From: Clostridia bacterium
GTDB taxonomy: Bacteria > Bacillota > Dehalobacteriia > UBA7702
DNA length: 53,510 nucleotides
Assembly (NCBI GenBank): GCA_051866595.1
Contig: JBJDXI010000069.1
Coordinates: 1-53,510 of the forward strand
Direction: 5' to 3'
Shown here: positions 9,674 to 18,473 of the stretch, one piece after another
How the letters are laid out: each line of letters begins with the position of its first letter
Position numbering within the stretch: the first letter of the stretch is position 1
Notes under the pieces: generated by a model
The model's input: the letters and a program-made list of their open reading frames with translations, nothing else
Databases searched by the model: none
Told to the model about the DNA's origin: nothing
Position numbers and translations under genes: made by a program

Positions 9674-10897
9674 TTAAAACTCATTTTTCAGACTGCGGCT
9701 AAAGAGCATCTGGAGGATGCCGTCGGGATTGCGGTTTTCGTAAAGAATCTGATAAACGGCCTCGCAGATAGGAAGCTCCACGCCGTAGGCCTTGCCAAGA
9801 TTGCGGAGGGCCTTCACGGTATAGTACCCTTCGGCCAGCTTATGATAGGCCTTATGCTGCACCACACTGCGGCCGAAGGCCAGATTCTGGCTGTGGGAGG
9901 AAAACAGCGTCGCCTCGTAATCGCCGAGGTGGCAGAGGCCGTAAGCCGAAGAGGCCTTGCCGCCCATGGCGACGATGAGATTGGAAATCTCCTTGGTTCC
10001 CCGGGCCATCAGCGCCCCTTTCAGGGAGCTCATATCACGGCCTTCCAGCATCCCGGCGGCAATGCCGATGACGTTTTTCGCCGCGGCGCCGATTTCATTG
10101 CCCAGCAGGTCGGTTCCGTAATAAAAACGGATGAGATCACTGGAAAAGCTCTGAATCAGCTCTCTTTTGGCAAATTCGTCGTTGCTGTCGATGACCATGC
10201 AGTTGGGGATTCCCCGGTAAAATTCCTGCACATGGCCGGGGCCGAGCCATACCGCCACTTTATTGGAGGGGTGCACCTCATCGCTGACCACCTGTGAAAG
10301 GCGGCGGCCGGTCTCAATCTCGATGCCCTTCATGCACAGCACGATGATTTTATCCCGGATGTCCAGCTCCTTCAATCGCAGCGAAACATCCTGAAGCTGC
10401 TGGGCACTGATGGAAATCACCACAATATCCGCTTTGGGGCAGAGGTCGTAGGAGGTCACCAGACCGATGGATTCGGGAATGGAGAGATGCTCATTTTTTC
10501 TGGTGGCTTTCAGCTCTTTCATCCGCGCCGAGGTTTCCCGGCCGTAAAGGGTCACGTCATGACCGATTTTATCAAGGTACCAGGCCAGAAACGTCCCCCA
10601 GCGGCCGCAGCCGATGGTGAACACCTTTTTCACCGGTTTTTCCTCGTCGGGGAAACGCACTTCCTTCTGGAATTGGATATGATCCAGATCCGCCCGGATA
10701 ATGTCATTGACGGTAATGCCGTACATATCCGAGAGCTTGACCAAAAGCTCAATATCGGGGATGGAAGCACCCGTTTCCCATTTCGACACCGCCTGACGGG
10801 AGACGTTGAGTCGGCCGGCGAGGTCATCCTGGGTAATTTTATAGTATTTCCGCAGTTCCGTCAGGAACTGACCGATTTTCACGTAATCCAATTTCAT
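9674..10897 (-). CDS. gpsA: XRE-family HTH fused to NAD(P)H-dependent glycerol-3-phosphate dehydrogenase
   Basis: N-terminal TQDDLAGRLNVSRQAVSKWETG, then GCGRWGT, GPGHVQE, AAKNVIGIAAG and GDYEAT. ATG at 10897 after GAGGTG. Confidence 0.85.
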   Translation of the reverse strand: MKLDYVKIGQFLTELRKYYKITQDDLAGRLNVSRQAVSKWETGASIPDIELLVKLSDMYGITVNDIIRADLDHIQFQKEVRFPDEEKPVKKVFTIGCGRWGTFLAWYLDKIGHDVTLYGRETSARMKELKATRKNEHLSIPESIGLVTSYDLCPKADIVVISISAQQLQDVSLRLKELDIRDKIIVLCMKGIEIETGRRLSQVVSDEVHPSNKVAVWLGPGHVQEFYRGIPNCMVIDSNDEFAKRELIQSFSSDLIRFYYGTDLLGNEIGAAAKNVIGIAAGMLEGRDMSSLKGALMARGTKEISNLIVAMGGKASSAYGLCHLGDYEATLFSSHSQNLAFGRSVVQHKAYHKLAEGYYTVKALRNLGKAYGVELPICEAVYQILYENRNPDGILQMLFSRSLKNEF

Positions 10898-11060
10898 CAC
10901 CTCGGTTGTTCTGCACCTATTGTAACAGCTCCGCCCCGAAGAAGCGAGCAACGCTCCGTAGCGGGAAAGACTGAAACGCAACTTCTTTTCGCAGACTTTT
11001 TATCATTTTACCACAGACCAAGCGAAAAAAACAGCGTAACCTTCCGCCGCTCCCGCCTCA

Positions 11061-11120
11061 AAAGCGTTTCAAGACGGTTCGGACGCCCTAAGGGCGTTTC
11101 AAAACGATTTCGAACGCCCT
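11061..11120 (-). terminator. Tandem double hairpin after the CDF gene
   Basis: Two ~30 bp imperfect copies of GCGTTTCAAnACGnTT(T)CGnACGCCCT. Confidence 0.5.
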
Positions 11121-11127
11121 CCTTTTT

Positions 11128-12291
11128 TCAGGCTTTGCCGTCAAAATGAACGACCGTTTCATACTCCATACCCTTTTCTTTTAAACCGGCGTCGATTTGC
11201 TCTTTCAATTCCTTATAGGGCGTTTCCATGCTGTAAGGCACCGCCAGATCGAAAACGAGCTTGGTCTGATGAGCGCCGCGGACAAGGCGGAAATCGTGCA
11301 TGGAGAGGGCGGGATGAATCCCGGCAATGACGGTTTTCACCTGTTCCCGGGCGTCGTTCCATTCATCGTCGTTGAGAACGACGGGGTCGTAATGAATCAC
11401 CAGATTCACGTTGAGCTCCTCCATGGCCTCCCACTCGATTTCATCAATCATATCGTGGCAGTCCAGGGGATCTTCCTCGGCGCTGACTTCGGCGTGAACC
11501 GTGGCGTAGCATTGCCCCGGGCCATAATCGTGAACAAGGAGATCGTGGATGCCCAGCACCTTTTCGCGGGAAAGCACCATTTGGCTTAAATTTTCAATCA
11601 GCTCCTCATCGGCCTGTTTCCCCAGGAGGGGCGAAATCGTTTCCCTGGCGATATTCACACCGGAATAAAGAATGAACAACGCCACGGCCAGACCGACGAT
11701 GCCGTCGATATTCACATGGAAGAAATACTGCACCAGACAGCCCAGCAGAACCGCCGAGGACGTAATCACGTCGTTGCGGCTGTCCACGGAAGTGGCTTTC
11801 AGCGTAGTGGAGCGGATTTTCTTGCCCAGAGAACCGAAAAAGCCCATCATCCACAGCTTGACGCTGATGGAGGCAAGGAGCACGATAAAGGTAAACAGCG
11901 TAAATTCCACCGCCGCGGGATGAATGATTTTCATTACCGAGGTTTTGGCCAGCTCCGCGCCGATGATCAGAATCAGCGCCGCCACCACCAGACCGGAGAG
12001 GTATTCATAGCGGGCGTGGCCGTAGGGATGCTCGGCGTCGGCGGGTTGCTGAGCCATGCGGAACCCCAACAGCGTCACAACGGAAGAGGACGCGTCGGAA
12101 AGGTTGTTCACCGCGTCGGCAATGATGGAAACGGAACCTGCAATCCAGCCCACCACCAGTTTCCCCAGAAATAAAAGCGTGTTGCAGACAATGCCCGTCA
12201 ACCCGGCCAGCTTGCCGATGGCCGAACGCACCGAGGGATCTTCCACCCGGCTGTGGTCTTTGACAAAGAGCCGTAAAAGAAGATTCGTCAT
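11128..12291 (-). CDS. Cation diffusion facilitator transporter (probable Co/Ni efflux)
   Basis: ADAVNNLSD, HPYGHARYE, DSRND and HDLLVHDYGP motifs; lies downstream of a NiCo riboswitch. Confidence 0.92.
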   Translation of the reverse strand: MTNLLLRLFVKDHSRVEDPSVRSAIGKLAGLTGIVCNTLLFLGKLVVGWIAGSVSIIADAVNNLSDASSSVVTLLGFRMAQQPADAEHPYGHARYEYLSGLVVAALILIIGAELAKTSVMKIIHPAAVEFTLFTFIVLLASISVKLWMMGFFGSLGKKIRSTTLKATSVDSRNDVITSSAVLLGCLVQYFFHVNIDGIVGLAVALFILYSGVNIARETISPLLGKQADEELIENLSQMVLSREKVLGIHDLLVHDYGPGQCYATVHAEVSAEEDPLDCHDMIDEIEWEAMEELNVNLVIHYDPVVLNDDEWNDAREQVKTVIAGIHPALSMHDFRLVRGAHQTKLVFDLAVPYSMETPYKELKEQIDAGLKEKGMEYETVVHFDGKA

Positions 12292-12360
12292 AAAAAAACA
12301 CCTCCGAACTGTTTTCAGACCGAAATCCGAAAGAAAAAACCACGAAGCAGCAATTCTTTT

Positions 12361-12430
12361 ACTGTCCCGTGGTACAATCCACTGTCACAAAAGTGACCCG
12401 ACTCCAGACGTATATCCGGTCTGTTCAGTT
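12361..12430 (-). ncRNA. NiCo (czcD) riboswitch
   Basis: AACTGAACAGAC-[hairpin]-GTC-GG-GTCAC/GTGAC-GTGG/CCAC-GGGACAGT four-way-junction pattern, directly upstream of a CDF gene. Confidence 0.8.
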
Positions 12431-12529
12431 TCGCTATTTCGTATTGCGTGAATCATATTTATTTATTATATCAGCCACAGCGTACAGCGTCAACAAAAAA
12501 ATACAGCGCCGGATTTCATCCCAAAATCA

Positions 12530-12564
12530 GAAAAGAACCCCTGTTCCAAGGGGTTCTCTTTTTT
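12530..12564. terminator. Terminator hairpin after the DUF4317 gene
   Basis: AGAACCCC...GGGGTTCT flanked by A and T tracts. Confidence 0.65.
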
Positions 12565-13708
12565 ATTCTTCTTCACCGATGTCCACACCGACACCGTTGA
12601 CCTCCACCCCTTCATTGGCAGGAATGAGAAGGTACTTGCGGCCGTTGATGACTTTGGTCTGAATCACGCAGGTATATTCTGGATCCACGGTGATTTTCAC
12701 GTTGGGCGCTTCAATCTGAAATTTTTTGCTGTCCATAATATTGCCGGGATTCAACGCCGCGTTTTCCCCAAAACAGGCGTCGCAGGCTTTTTGAAAGGAC
12801 GCGGTTTTTTCCTCGGAAACGCCGCTGTTCCGGAGAACCTCGCAGACTTCGCCGGAGGAAATTTTCAACGGTTCCGGATCCTTGCTCTCCTTGTGAAGCA
12901 AAACACGGCCGTGGATATGCTCATGGAGATCCTGCACCACATCGAAGCGGCAGTCCTCCTCCAGGGCGCTTTCCAGCACACCTTGAAAGGCGGCTTTCTG
13001 CTCTCCGGCGGACATGGGAATTTCCCCGGTGTGAAACACCGCGTCGATAAAATCCAGATTCATCGTGGTATGGTCCTTGGTGTAAAACACCGCGTTATAG
13101 AGGTCGGCGGCGCGGTCATTGAAGGCGGGAAACATAAAGCCCACTTCCGGGGCGCCCACAAGCTGCACCGAATTATGGCGGCGAAACCCGTTTTCCATAG
13201 GGGCGTAGCCCAGCTCCGGCCGGCCGTCCTTCACCGGACACACACTGCACAGGAGATAAGAAAACATGGATTCCGAGGCGTCCTTCTGAATCTCGCCGTC
13301 GGCGCCGCGGTACGGCACGTCGTAATGGTCGCAGGCCAGCAAAATGAGATAATTATGCTCTTTGAAATCGAGGGTTTCGATGATTTTCCGGTAAAGCTGT
13401 TCCCGGGCGTCGGCGTCGGCCAGGGAGGAGGACCAGAGCGACATGAGGAGCTTGTGTTCCTCCCCGTTCATCACCTGATCGGCGGTGAAAACGATGTCCA
13501 CCAGTCCCTTGCCCAAACCGCCGGAAAGCACTTTTTTCAAAAAACCGAGATACTTTTCGGTTTCAAATTCATCCATCAGACCGAGGGACTCATCCAGATA
13601 GGAAATAATTTCCTTGTTGCCGTTGACGTAGCAGCCGTAAACGGTGCCGATATTGTTTTTATCCGGCGTGAGATGACGGCGGATTTCGCTTAATTCTTTC
13701 TGATTCAT
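12563..13708 (-). CDS. DUF4317 family protein
   Basis: MNQKELSEIRR...IGTVYGCYVN, GFMFPAFNDR and VEVNGV; start moved to the ATG after an RBS. Confidence 0.8.
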   Translation of the reverse strand: MNQKELSEIRRHLTPDKNNIGTVYGCYVNGNKEIISYLDESLGLMDEFETEKYLGFLKKVLSGGLGKGLVDIVFTADQVMNGEEHKLLMSLWSSSLADADAREQLYRKIIETLDFKEHNYLILLACDHYDVPYRGADGEIQKDASESMFSYLLCSVCPVKDGRPELGYAPMENGFRRHNSVQLVGAPEVGFMFPAFNDRAADLYNAVFYTKDHTTMNLDFIDAVFHTGEIPMSAGEQKAAFQGVLESALEEDCRFDVVQDLHEHIHGRVLLHKESKDPEPLKISSGEVCEVLRNSGVSEEKTASFQKACDACFGENAALNPGNIMDSKKFQIEAPNVKITVDPEYTCVIQTKVINGRKYLLIPANEGVEVNGVGVDIGEEE

Positions 13709-13876
13709 AACATCCCTCTTTCTCTGTTTCCGCTGTTTTCCGCGGGTGACATAAAGTATACCATTTTTCAAAAAGGAAGTCCAGCCAAAAGGAAAGCCCG
13801 GCACGGTAGTTTCTCCGCGCCGGGGCTTCTCCGTCGATCTTCCGTTGTCCATTTTAAATGAAGCAGAAAAGGTTCT

Positions 13877-13916
13877 CCGCGGCGGAGGAACAGAGGTGAA
13901 AAAACCTCCGCCGCGG
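13877..13916 (-). terminator. Strong hairpin after the 877-aa SLH gene
   Basis: CCGCGGCGGAGG / CCTCCGCCGCGG 12-bp stem. Confidence 0.6.
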
Positions 13917-14008
13917 TCGTGTGTAAAGTGGATGTTTGATTCTTTTGTTTCAGGTTTTTACTTCATGTTTTTGTGTATAAACGAAACGGAAAAGAAACGC
14001 ACCTCCTT

Positions 14009-16642
14009 TCAGTTCAGGATATTTTCGTCAAAGCGCTGAAGCACCGCGGCGGCCTGGGCCCGGGTGGCGTTGCCCTGAGGTTCCAGAGTGCCGTTATCAT
14101 GGCCTTGGATCAGTTTAGAAGCCACGGCCCAGCCCATTTCTTCTTTCGCCCAGTCGCTGACGGAAGAACCGTCTTTGAAAGCGTCAAAAGAAGCGGTATT
14201 CGATACATCACAGCCGTTGAGTTTGGCGTAGCGGTACATCATCGCCGCCATCTGTTCACGGGTGATGGGATCCTGAGGCGCGAATTTGCCGGCGTAGCCT
14301 TCAACGATACCGTTTTCCGTACCCCAGGCCACGGCTTTGGAATACCATTCATCATCTTTCACATCATCATAAGAAGATGTGGCTTTGACTTCCGGTTCAC
14401 CGCCCAGGCGGTAAAGCATGGTGATATACATGGCGCGGGTCAGAGCGCTGTCTGGTTCAAAGGTCGTTGCCGTCATGCCGTTCATAATACCGTTGACATA
14501 GACATAACGGACATTTTCCATGTACCAGTCGCCGTCTTTCAGGTCGGTAAAGGGAAGCTCCGCGGTGAGATCAGCATAGGCTTTTTCCGCGGCGATAAGA
14601 GTATCGAGATTTTCCACAAAGCCTTTCTGTTCTTCGGTCAGAGCGTCATAGGCAGAGCGGGCCGCTTCGATGGCGCCTTTGCTTTCGAGGGTCACTTCGC
14701 CGATGGCCGCGATCTGTTTTTCCACGGCTTTTCCGGCAAGGTAATCATCACTGTACTGAGGATAGTTTTCCATGTAGGTTTCATGGGCCACACGGAAACA
14801 GGTTTTGCCGTTCAGAAGGTCGGCCAGCCCCTGCAGGACTTCGTAAGAAGCCATGCGGGTATCGTACTGCCCCATGCCGCCGCCGGCGTTCTGCTGGCAA
14901 AGGAGCGCAAAGAGGGCGCTTTGGCCGTTTTCGCCGATCCACGGATCATCGGTTCCGTATTCATCCAGTGTAACACCGGCGCCAACAGCGGTGGTGGTAG
15001 CTACCGCCACGGAAAATGTATTCATGTTACTGCCGTTGGCGATCACGGAAGTATAATTCTTCCGGAAAGCGTCGAGAAGCTTTTGGGCTTCTCCTTCCAT
15101 GCCTTCCACATCGTTCAGGAATTCACAGGCGAACAAGGTCATGGAATAAAAATCCGACATATTGGTGGACGCGCTGAGATCCACTTTTTCGCAGGCGTTC
15201 ACAAGGGTTTTGAGACCGGCGGCCCGGAGCTCTTCGGTATACCCTTCTTCCGGCGTGGCGTTCACCACTTCCAGGGCGAGCAGGAAATAGGATTCGGTGA
15301 TGGTATCGCTTTCGGCAAGGCGAACCCGAAGACTGCCGTCTTCATCGAGATTGAGTTCGCCGCCGGCGATATCGTGATCTTTATAGGCCAGAGAGATCAG
15401 GGCTTCCACAAGATTGGCGCCGCCGATGTTCCGGGGATCACCGCCGAGGCCGGCAATGCCGAGGATCTGACGGCCGAGGATTTTGGAAGCCGGTACCGAC
15501 CCCTGATTGGATGTTAGGCTTTCCAGTGTGGCATTTTTGAACTGAGAAGCTTTTGTATCGAGATAGGTTTTTCCCTCGGAGGAAGCCAGAAGTTCACTGT
15601 CGGCATCATAGCCCAGCGCGCCGAAAATATAAGCTTCCCAGTCGATGCCGGAGCCGTTGCCGGTATCCGCCGACAGGCCGAGATAATTTTCACCGTTGTA
15701 GAAACCTTTGGTCTGATACCATTTCACAAAAAGGTCCCGAGCGCCCTCGGCGTATTCTCTTGCCGTGGCGTACATGGTAAATTCCTGATACTGACGGCTG
15801 TCGCCGATTTCCGCAGCAACCCAGTATTTTCCGGCTTCAAGTCCTTCGGTGGGAATCGTTCCCGCGGTATCGGAATAGCAGTTCTGTACAATATCGCCGA
15901 CGGTGGTTTCCACCAGAGTACCTTCGATGGCGTCATCGGAAGTGCCGTTTTCCTTATCGGTCACATAAAGTTTAACGGCGGTATCATCATTGGCATCGGC
16001 AAAAGAAGCGCCGATACTGATTTTCATTGTATTTCCCTCATAATTAGAAACGGGAGAAATATCCAAACTTTTCACAACAGGTGAAGGTATTGTACAATAA
16101 AAAACGAAACTCGCGACTACTTGACCATCTGAATTCTGTTCAGATACGATATAACAATCTTCCAAACCAGTCCTTACATCAATAGGAGTATCTAATGAAG
16201 GAGTAAGGATACGAGCAGTACGTCCTCCTGAATTGATATACAACTGTTGATTATCTTTACCTAAATTCTTTACATTTACTAAATAAATATTTCTATCCGC
16301 GGGAACATCCAATTTAAACTGAGTGATATCTTCAGAAATATTTACGGTATAAATTTCCGCAGGGTTTTCTGCGACCCATTTTGAAAAAAAGGTATTAACA
16401 AACGCCTCACTTCTGTCAGCACCGGGATTTACCAGGGTAACCGTTTTCCCGGTATCAAAAAGCTCAAGAGCCGTAGATTCATCATCATTTGCATAGAACT
16501 GTAAAGAAGAAATAAGAGAATCAAGATTCGTTTCTTCCCCAGGTTCCTCTGCATAAACACCTAAGCTGAAACTCAACAGAACGATCAAGGCAAAAAAAGG
16601 AACAACGAGCAGATTTACTCTTCTTTTGATGATGTTTTCCAT
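14009..16642 (-). CDS. SLH surface protein with prenyltransferase/transcobalamin-alpha-like helical barrel
   Basis: Signal peptide; IDWEAYIFGALG, ILGIAGLGGDPRNIGGANLV and QQNAGGG motifs; one helical repeat; 3 SLH motifs. Confidence 0.75.
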   Translation of the reverse strand: MENIIKRRVNLLVVPFFALIVLLSFSLGVYAEEPGEETNLDSLISSLQFYANDDESTALELFDTGKTVTLVNPGADRSEAFVNTFFSKWVAENPAEIYTVNISEDITQFKLDVPADRNIYLVNVKNLGKDNQQLYINSGGRTARILTPSLDTPIDVRTGLEDCYIVSEQNSDGQVVASFVFYCTIPSPVVKSLDISPVSNYEGNTMKISIGASFADANDDTAVKLYVTDKENGTSDDAIEGTLVETTVGDIVQNCYSDTAGTIPTEGLEAGKYWVAAEIGDSRQYQEFTMYATAREYAEGARDLFVKWYQTKGFYNGENYLGLSADTGNGSGIDWEAYIFGALGYDADSELLASSEGKTYLDTKASQFKNATLESLTSNQGSVPASKILGRQILGIAGLGGDPRNIGGANLVEALISLAYKDHDIAGGELNLDEDGSLRVRLAESDTITESYFLLALEVVNATPEEGYTEELRAAGLKTLVNACEKVDLSASTNMSDFYSMTLFACEFLNDVEGMEGEAQKLLDAFRKNYTSVIANGSNMNTFSVAVATTTAVGAGVTLDEYGTDDPWIGENGQSALFALLCQQNAGGGMGQYDTRMASYEVLQGLADLLNGKTCFRVAHETYMENYPQYSDDYLAGKAVEKQIAAIGEVTLESKGAIEAARSAYDALTEEQKGFVENLDTLIAAEKAYADLTAELPFTDLKDGDWYMENVRYVYVNGIMNGMTATTFEPDSALTRAMYITMLYRLGGEPEVKATSSYDDVKDDEWYSKAVAWGTENGIVEGYAGKFAPQDPITREQMAAMMYRYAKLNGCDVSNTASFDAFKDGSSVSDWAKEEMGWAVASKLIQGHDNGTLEPQGNATRAQAAAVLQRFDENILN

Positions 16643-17301
16643 CTATTTTCTCCTTTCAATCATTTGATTTTTTAATTTTCATTCCCGCGCTGAAACGCGC
16701 GTTAAAATTCATTTCGATTCCGGATCAATGATACGTTTATCATCTCCCTTTTCCGGTCAGATCAACCTATGTTCCGACCTTATAAAATTCTGTGCGTGAA
16801 CCGCTTTCACGCAAACAATGAAGTTTTCAAAGACCGTGCTCCCCTTCCATATTTCAAAGCGCCGGAGTCCGTTGCGGAAAAGACCGGGTTTAGAACAACC
16901 AATTACTTTTTATTTTCTCCGTTTGGGCTTGGAATGGGAAGGTTTGGTATATTGCGGGGCTTGCGCCCGGACAATCAATAAGTATCTGCCCCAAAGGGGC
17001 CGCTCTCCTTTACAGGAGAGCTTTATATATTTTTTGGGAAGGAAATATTGAAAGGGGGGAAAACAAAACCCCCGACAACCGCGGAAACAAATCCCCTTGC
17101 GGGGCGGCTTCCGCGCAAACGGAAGCCGGGGAAGGTTTGTTTGGGTAAAAGAAACAATGTATTGCAAGGACGGAAAATCCGTCTCAAACAACCGGCATCG
17201 GAGCACCCCAAAAAAGAAAAAACGCCCATTCCCCTTTAAAAAAGGAAGGACGTTTTCATTTTCCGAGCACAAAACAAACGGAAGATCGACGGAAAACACC
17301 G

Positions 17302-17330
17302 TTGACACCGACAGAAAAGTACAGTAAAAT
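17302..17330 (+). promoter_or_regulatory. Near-consensus sigmaA promoter, antisense to the leader
   Basis: TTGACA-17 nt-TAAAAT. Confidence 0.65.
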
Positions 17331-17440
17331 AGAGATTGCCCTTCGGGGTACCGGCACGCTGTGCGAGAGAAAAGTGACCGCCAAGAAACTGACTCCGCAC
17401 AGCGTGTGCTTTATAGGATTTTGAATGTTAATATCAAATC

Positions 17441-17490
17441 AAAAAAACCGTATTTTCATTCTCTCGGAGAAGAAAATACGGTTTGCTTTT
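17441..17490. terminator. Riboswitch-1 terminator, possibly bidirectional
   Basis: AAACCGTATTTTC...GAAAATACGGTTT with U tracts on both strands. Confidence 0.75.
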
Positions 17491-17528
17491 TAGAAATCAA
17501 CCGGGATCATACACCAAGAGAAATACCT

Positions 17529-17664
17529 GCCGCATGACGTATTCTGACTCGGCTTCCATGTTTCCCTCGCCTTCCCGTTCTCAAAGGAACAGTGGCATCT
17601 GAGGTTCCCTCGGCCTCACAGCACCTTGGTAGTGTCCGGGATTTTCACCCGATTCCTATGCGGC
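17529..17664 (-). ncRNA. Cobalamin riboswitch 1
   Basis: AGGAATCGGGTGAAAATCCCG...CTGTGA...GCCACTG...CGGGAAGGC...AGTCAGAATAC. Loop TACCAAG is complementary to downstream CTTGGTG. Promoter TTGACT-17-TATATT at ~17720-17748. Confidence 0.9.
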
Positions 17665-17921
17665 GTTCCGATTCTGTTTATTTTTTCAGCGCACAAAATT
17701 AAATACTTATGTTATGTATAATATATCACGGAGTGCTCCGAAAGTCAATCAAAAAAGGCGAAAGGAACAAAAAAACCTTGGCGGAGCACACTAACAAACG
17801 ATACGATGCTCCGCAAGAAAATCAATTTTCGAGAACAAAATATTTGAAGTCAATTTCGCGAAAAAGCCTTGTTTTTCTCCGACAGCGTGGTATAATCATA
17901 TTGTAAATTGAATTGAACAGA

Positions 17922-18072
17922 GCAAAACGACGGAGAAACCGAGTTGGAATCTCGGACGGTCGCGCCACTGTGATGCGGAGCGTGCTTCGGATGAAAGTCA
18001 GCCACTGTAAAGTATGTTTATGGGAAGGCGAAGCAACGCGTTGATGCGAAGTCAGGATATTCCCCGTTTTGC
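17922..18072 (+). ncRNA. Cobalamin riboswitch 2, divergent, no downstream CDS
   Basis: CCGAGTTGGAATCTCGGACGGTCGCGCCACTGTGA...GCCACTG...TGGGAAGGC...AAGTCAGGATA. Kissing hairpin GCTTC-CGCGGAA-GAAGC at 18085-18101. Promoter TGnTATAAT at 17888-17896. Confidence 0.9.
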
Positions 18073-18119
18073 GTTTGAGTCTCAGCTTCCGCGGAAGAAG
18101 CGACGGTCTTTTTTATTGG

Positions 18120-18322
18120 AGAAAAGCCCCGTTTCTTTTTAGAAGCGGGGTCGATTTTATTTACATGTTGCCAAACTCAGTTCGTGTTCCGCATCTTTCC
18201 GTGTCTCTAAGGCATGAGGAACACACTCACCTCTTCTATTAAGGATAACTCCTTAACTACAAATCTCCTTTCCTTTTCTCTTTCTTTTCTCTCCGGCGGC
18301 CTTCAGCGGCCGCTCTTTTTTT
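18120..18322 (+). ncRNA. Candidate riboswitch-controlled sRNA (CU-rich)
   Basis: Hairpins, then CACCTC, CTCCTT and CTCCTTTCC motifs, ending in GCGGCC/GGCCGC plus a T run; no credible ORF. Confidence 0.45.
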
Positions 18323-18394
18323 GTATGAATCTACGCCAATCCCTCTTCTTCCCCCCCCCGGTTTAGGGAAAATCTTTTCCGTTTCCAAACAGCC

Positions 18395-18433
18395 GAAGGC
18401 CGATGCTGGTTTCAGCATCGGCCTTCTTTTTTT
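18395..18433. terminator. Strong terminator hairpin between convergent units
   Basis: GAAGGCCGATGCTG/CAGCATCGGCCTTC followed by T7. Confidence 0.8.
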
Positions 18434-18473
18434 CATTTCATCACAAGGAGGAAAAATACAGGAGGGATTCCTG

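Noticed and set aside
11061-11120. Possible CRISPR-like repeat
   Set aside because: Only two adjacent imperfect copies, no spacers and no cas genes.
16769-17327. Several short ORFs in the leader
   Set aside because: No RBS or motifs; they overlap hairpins on both strands.
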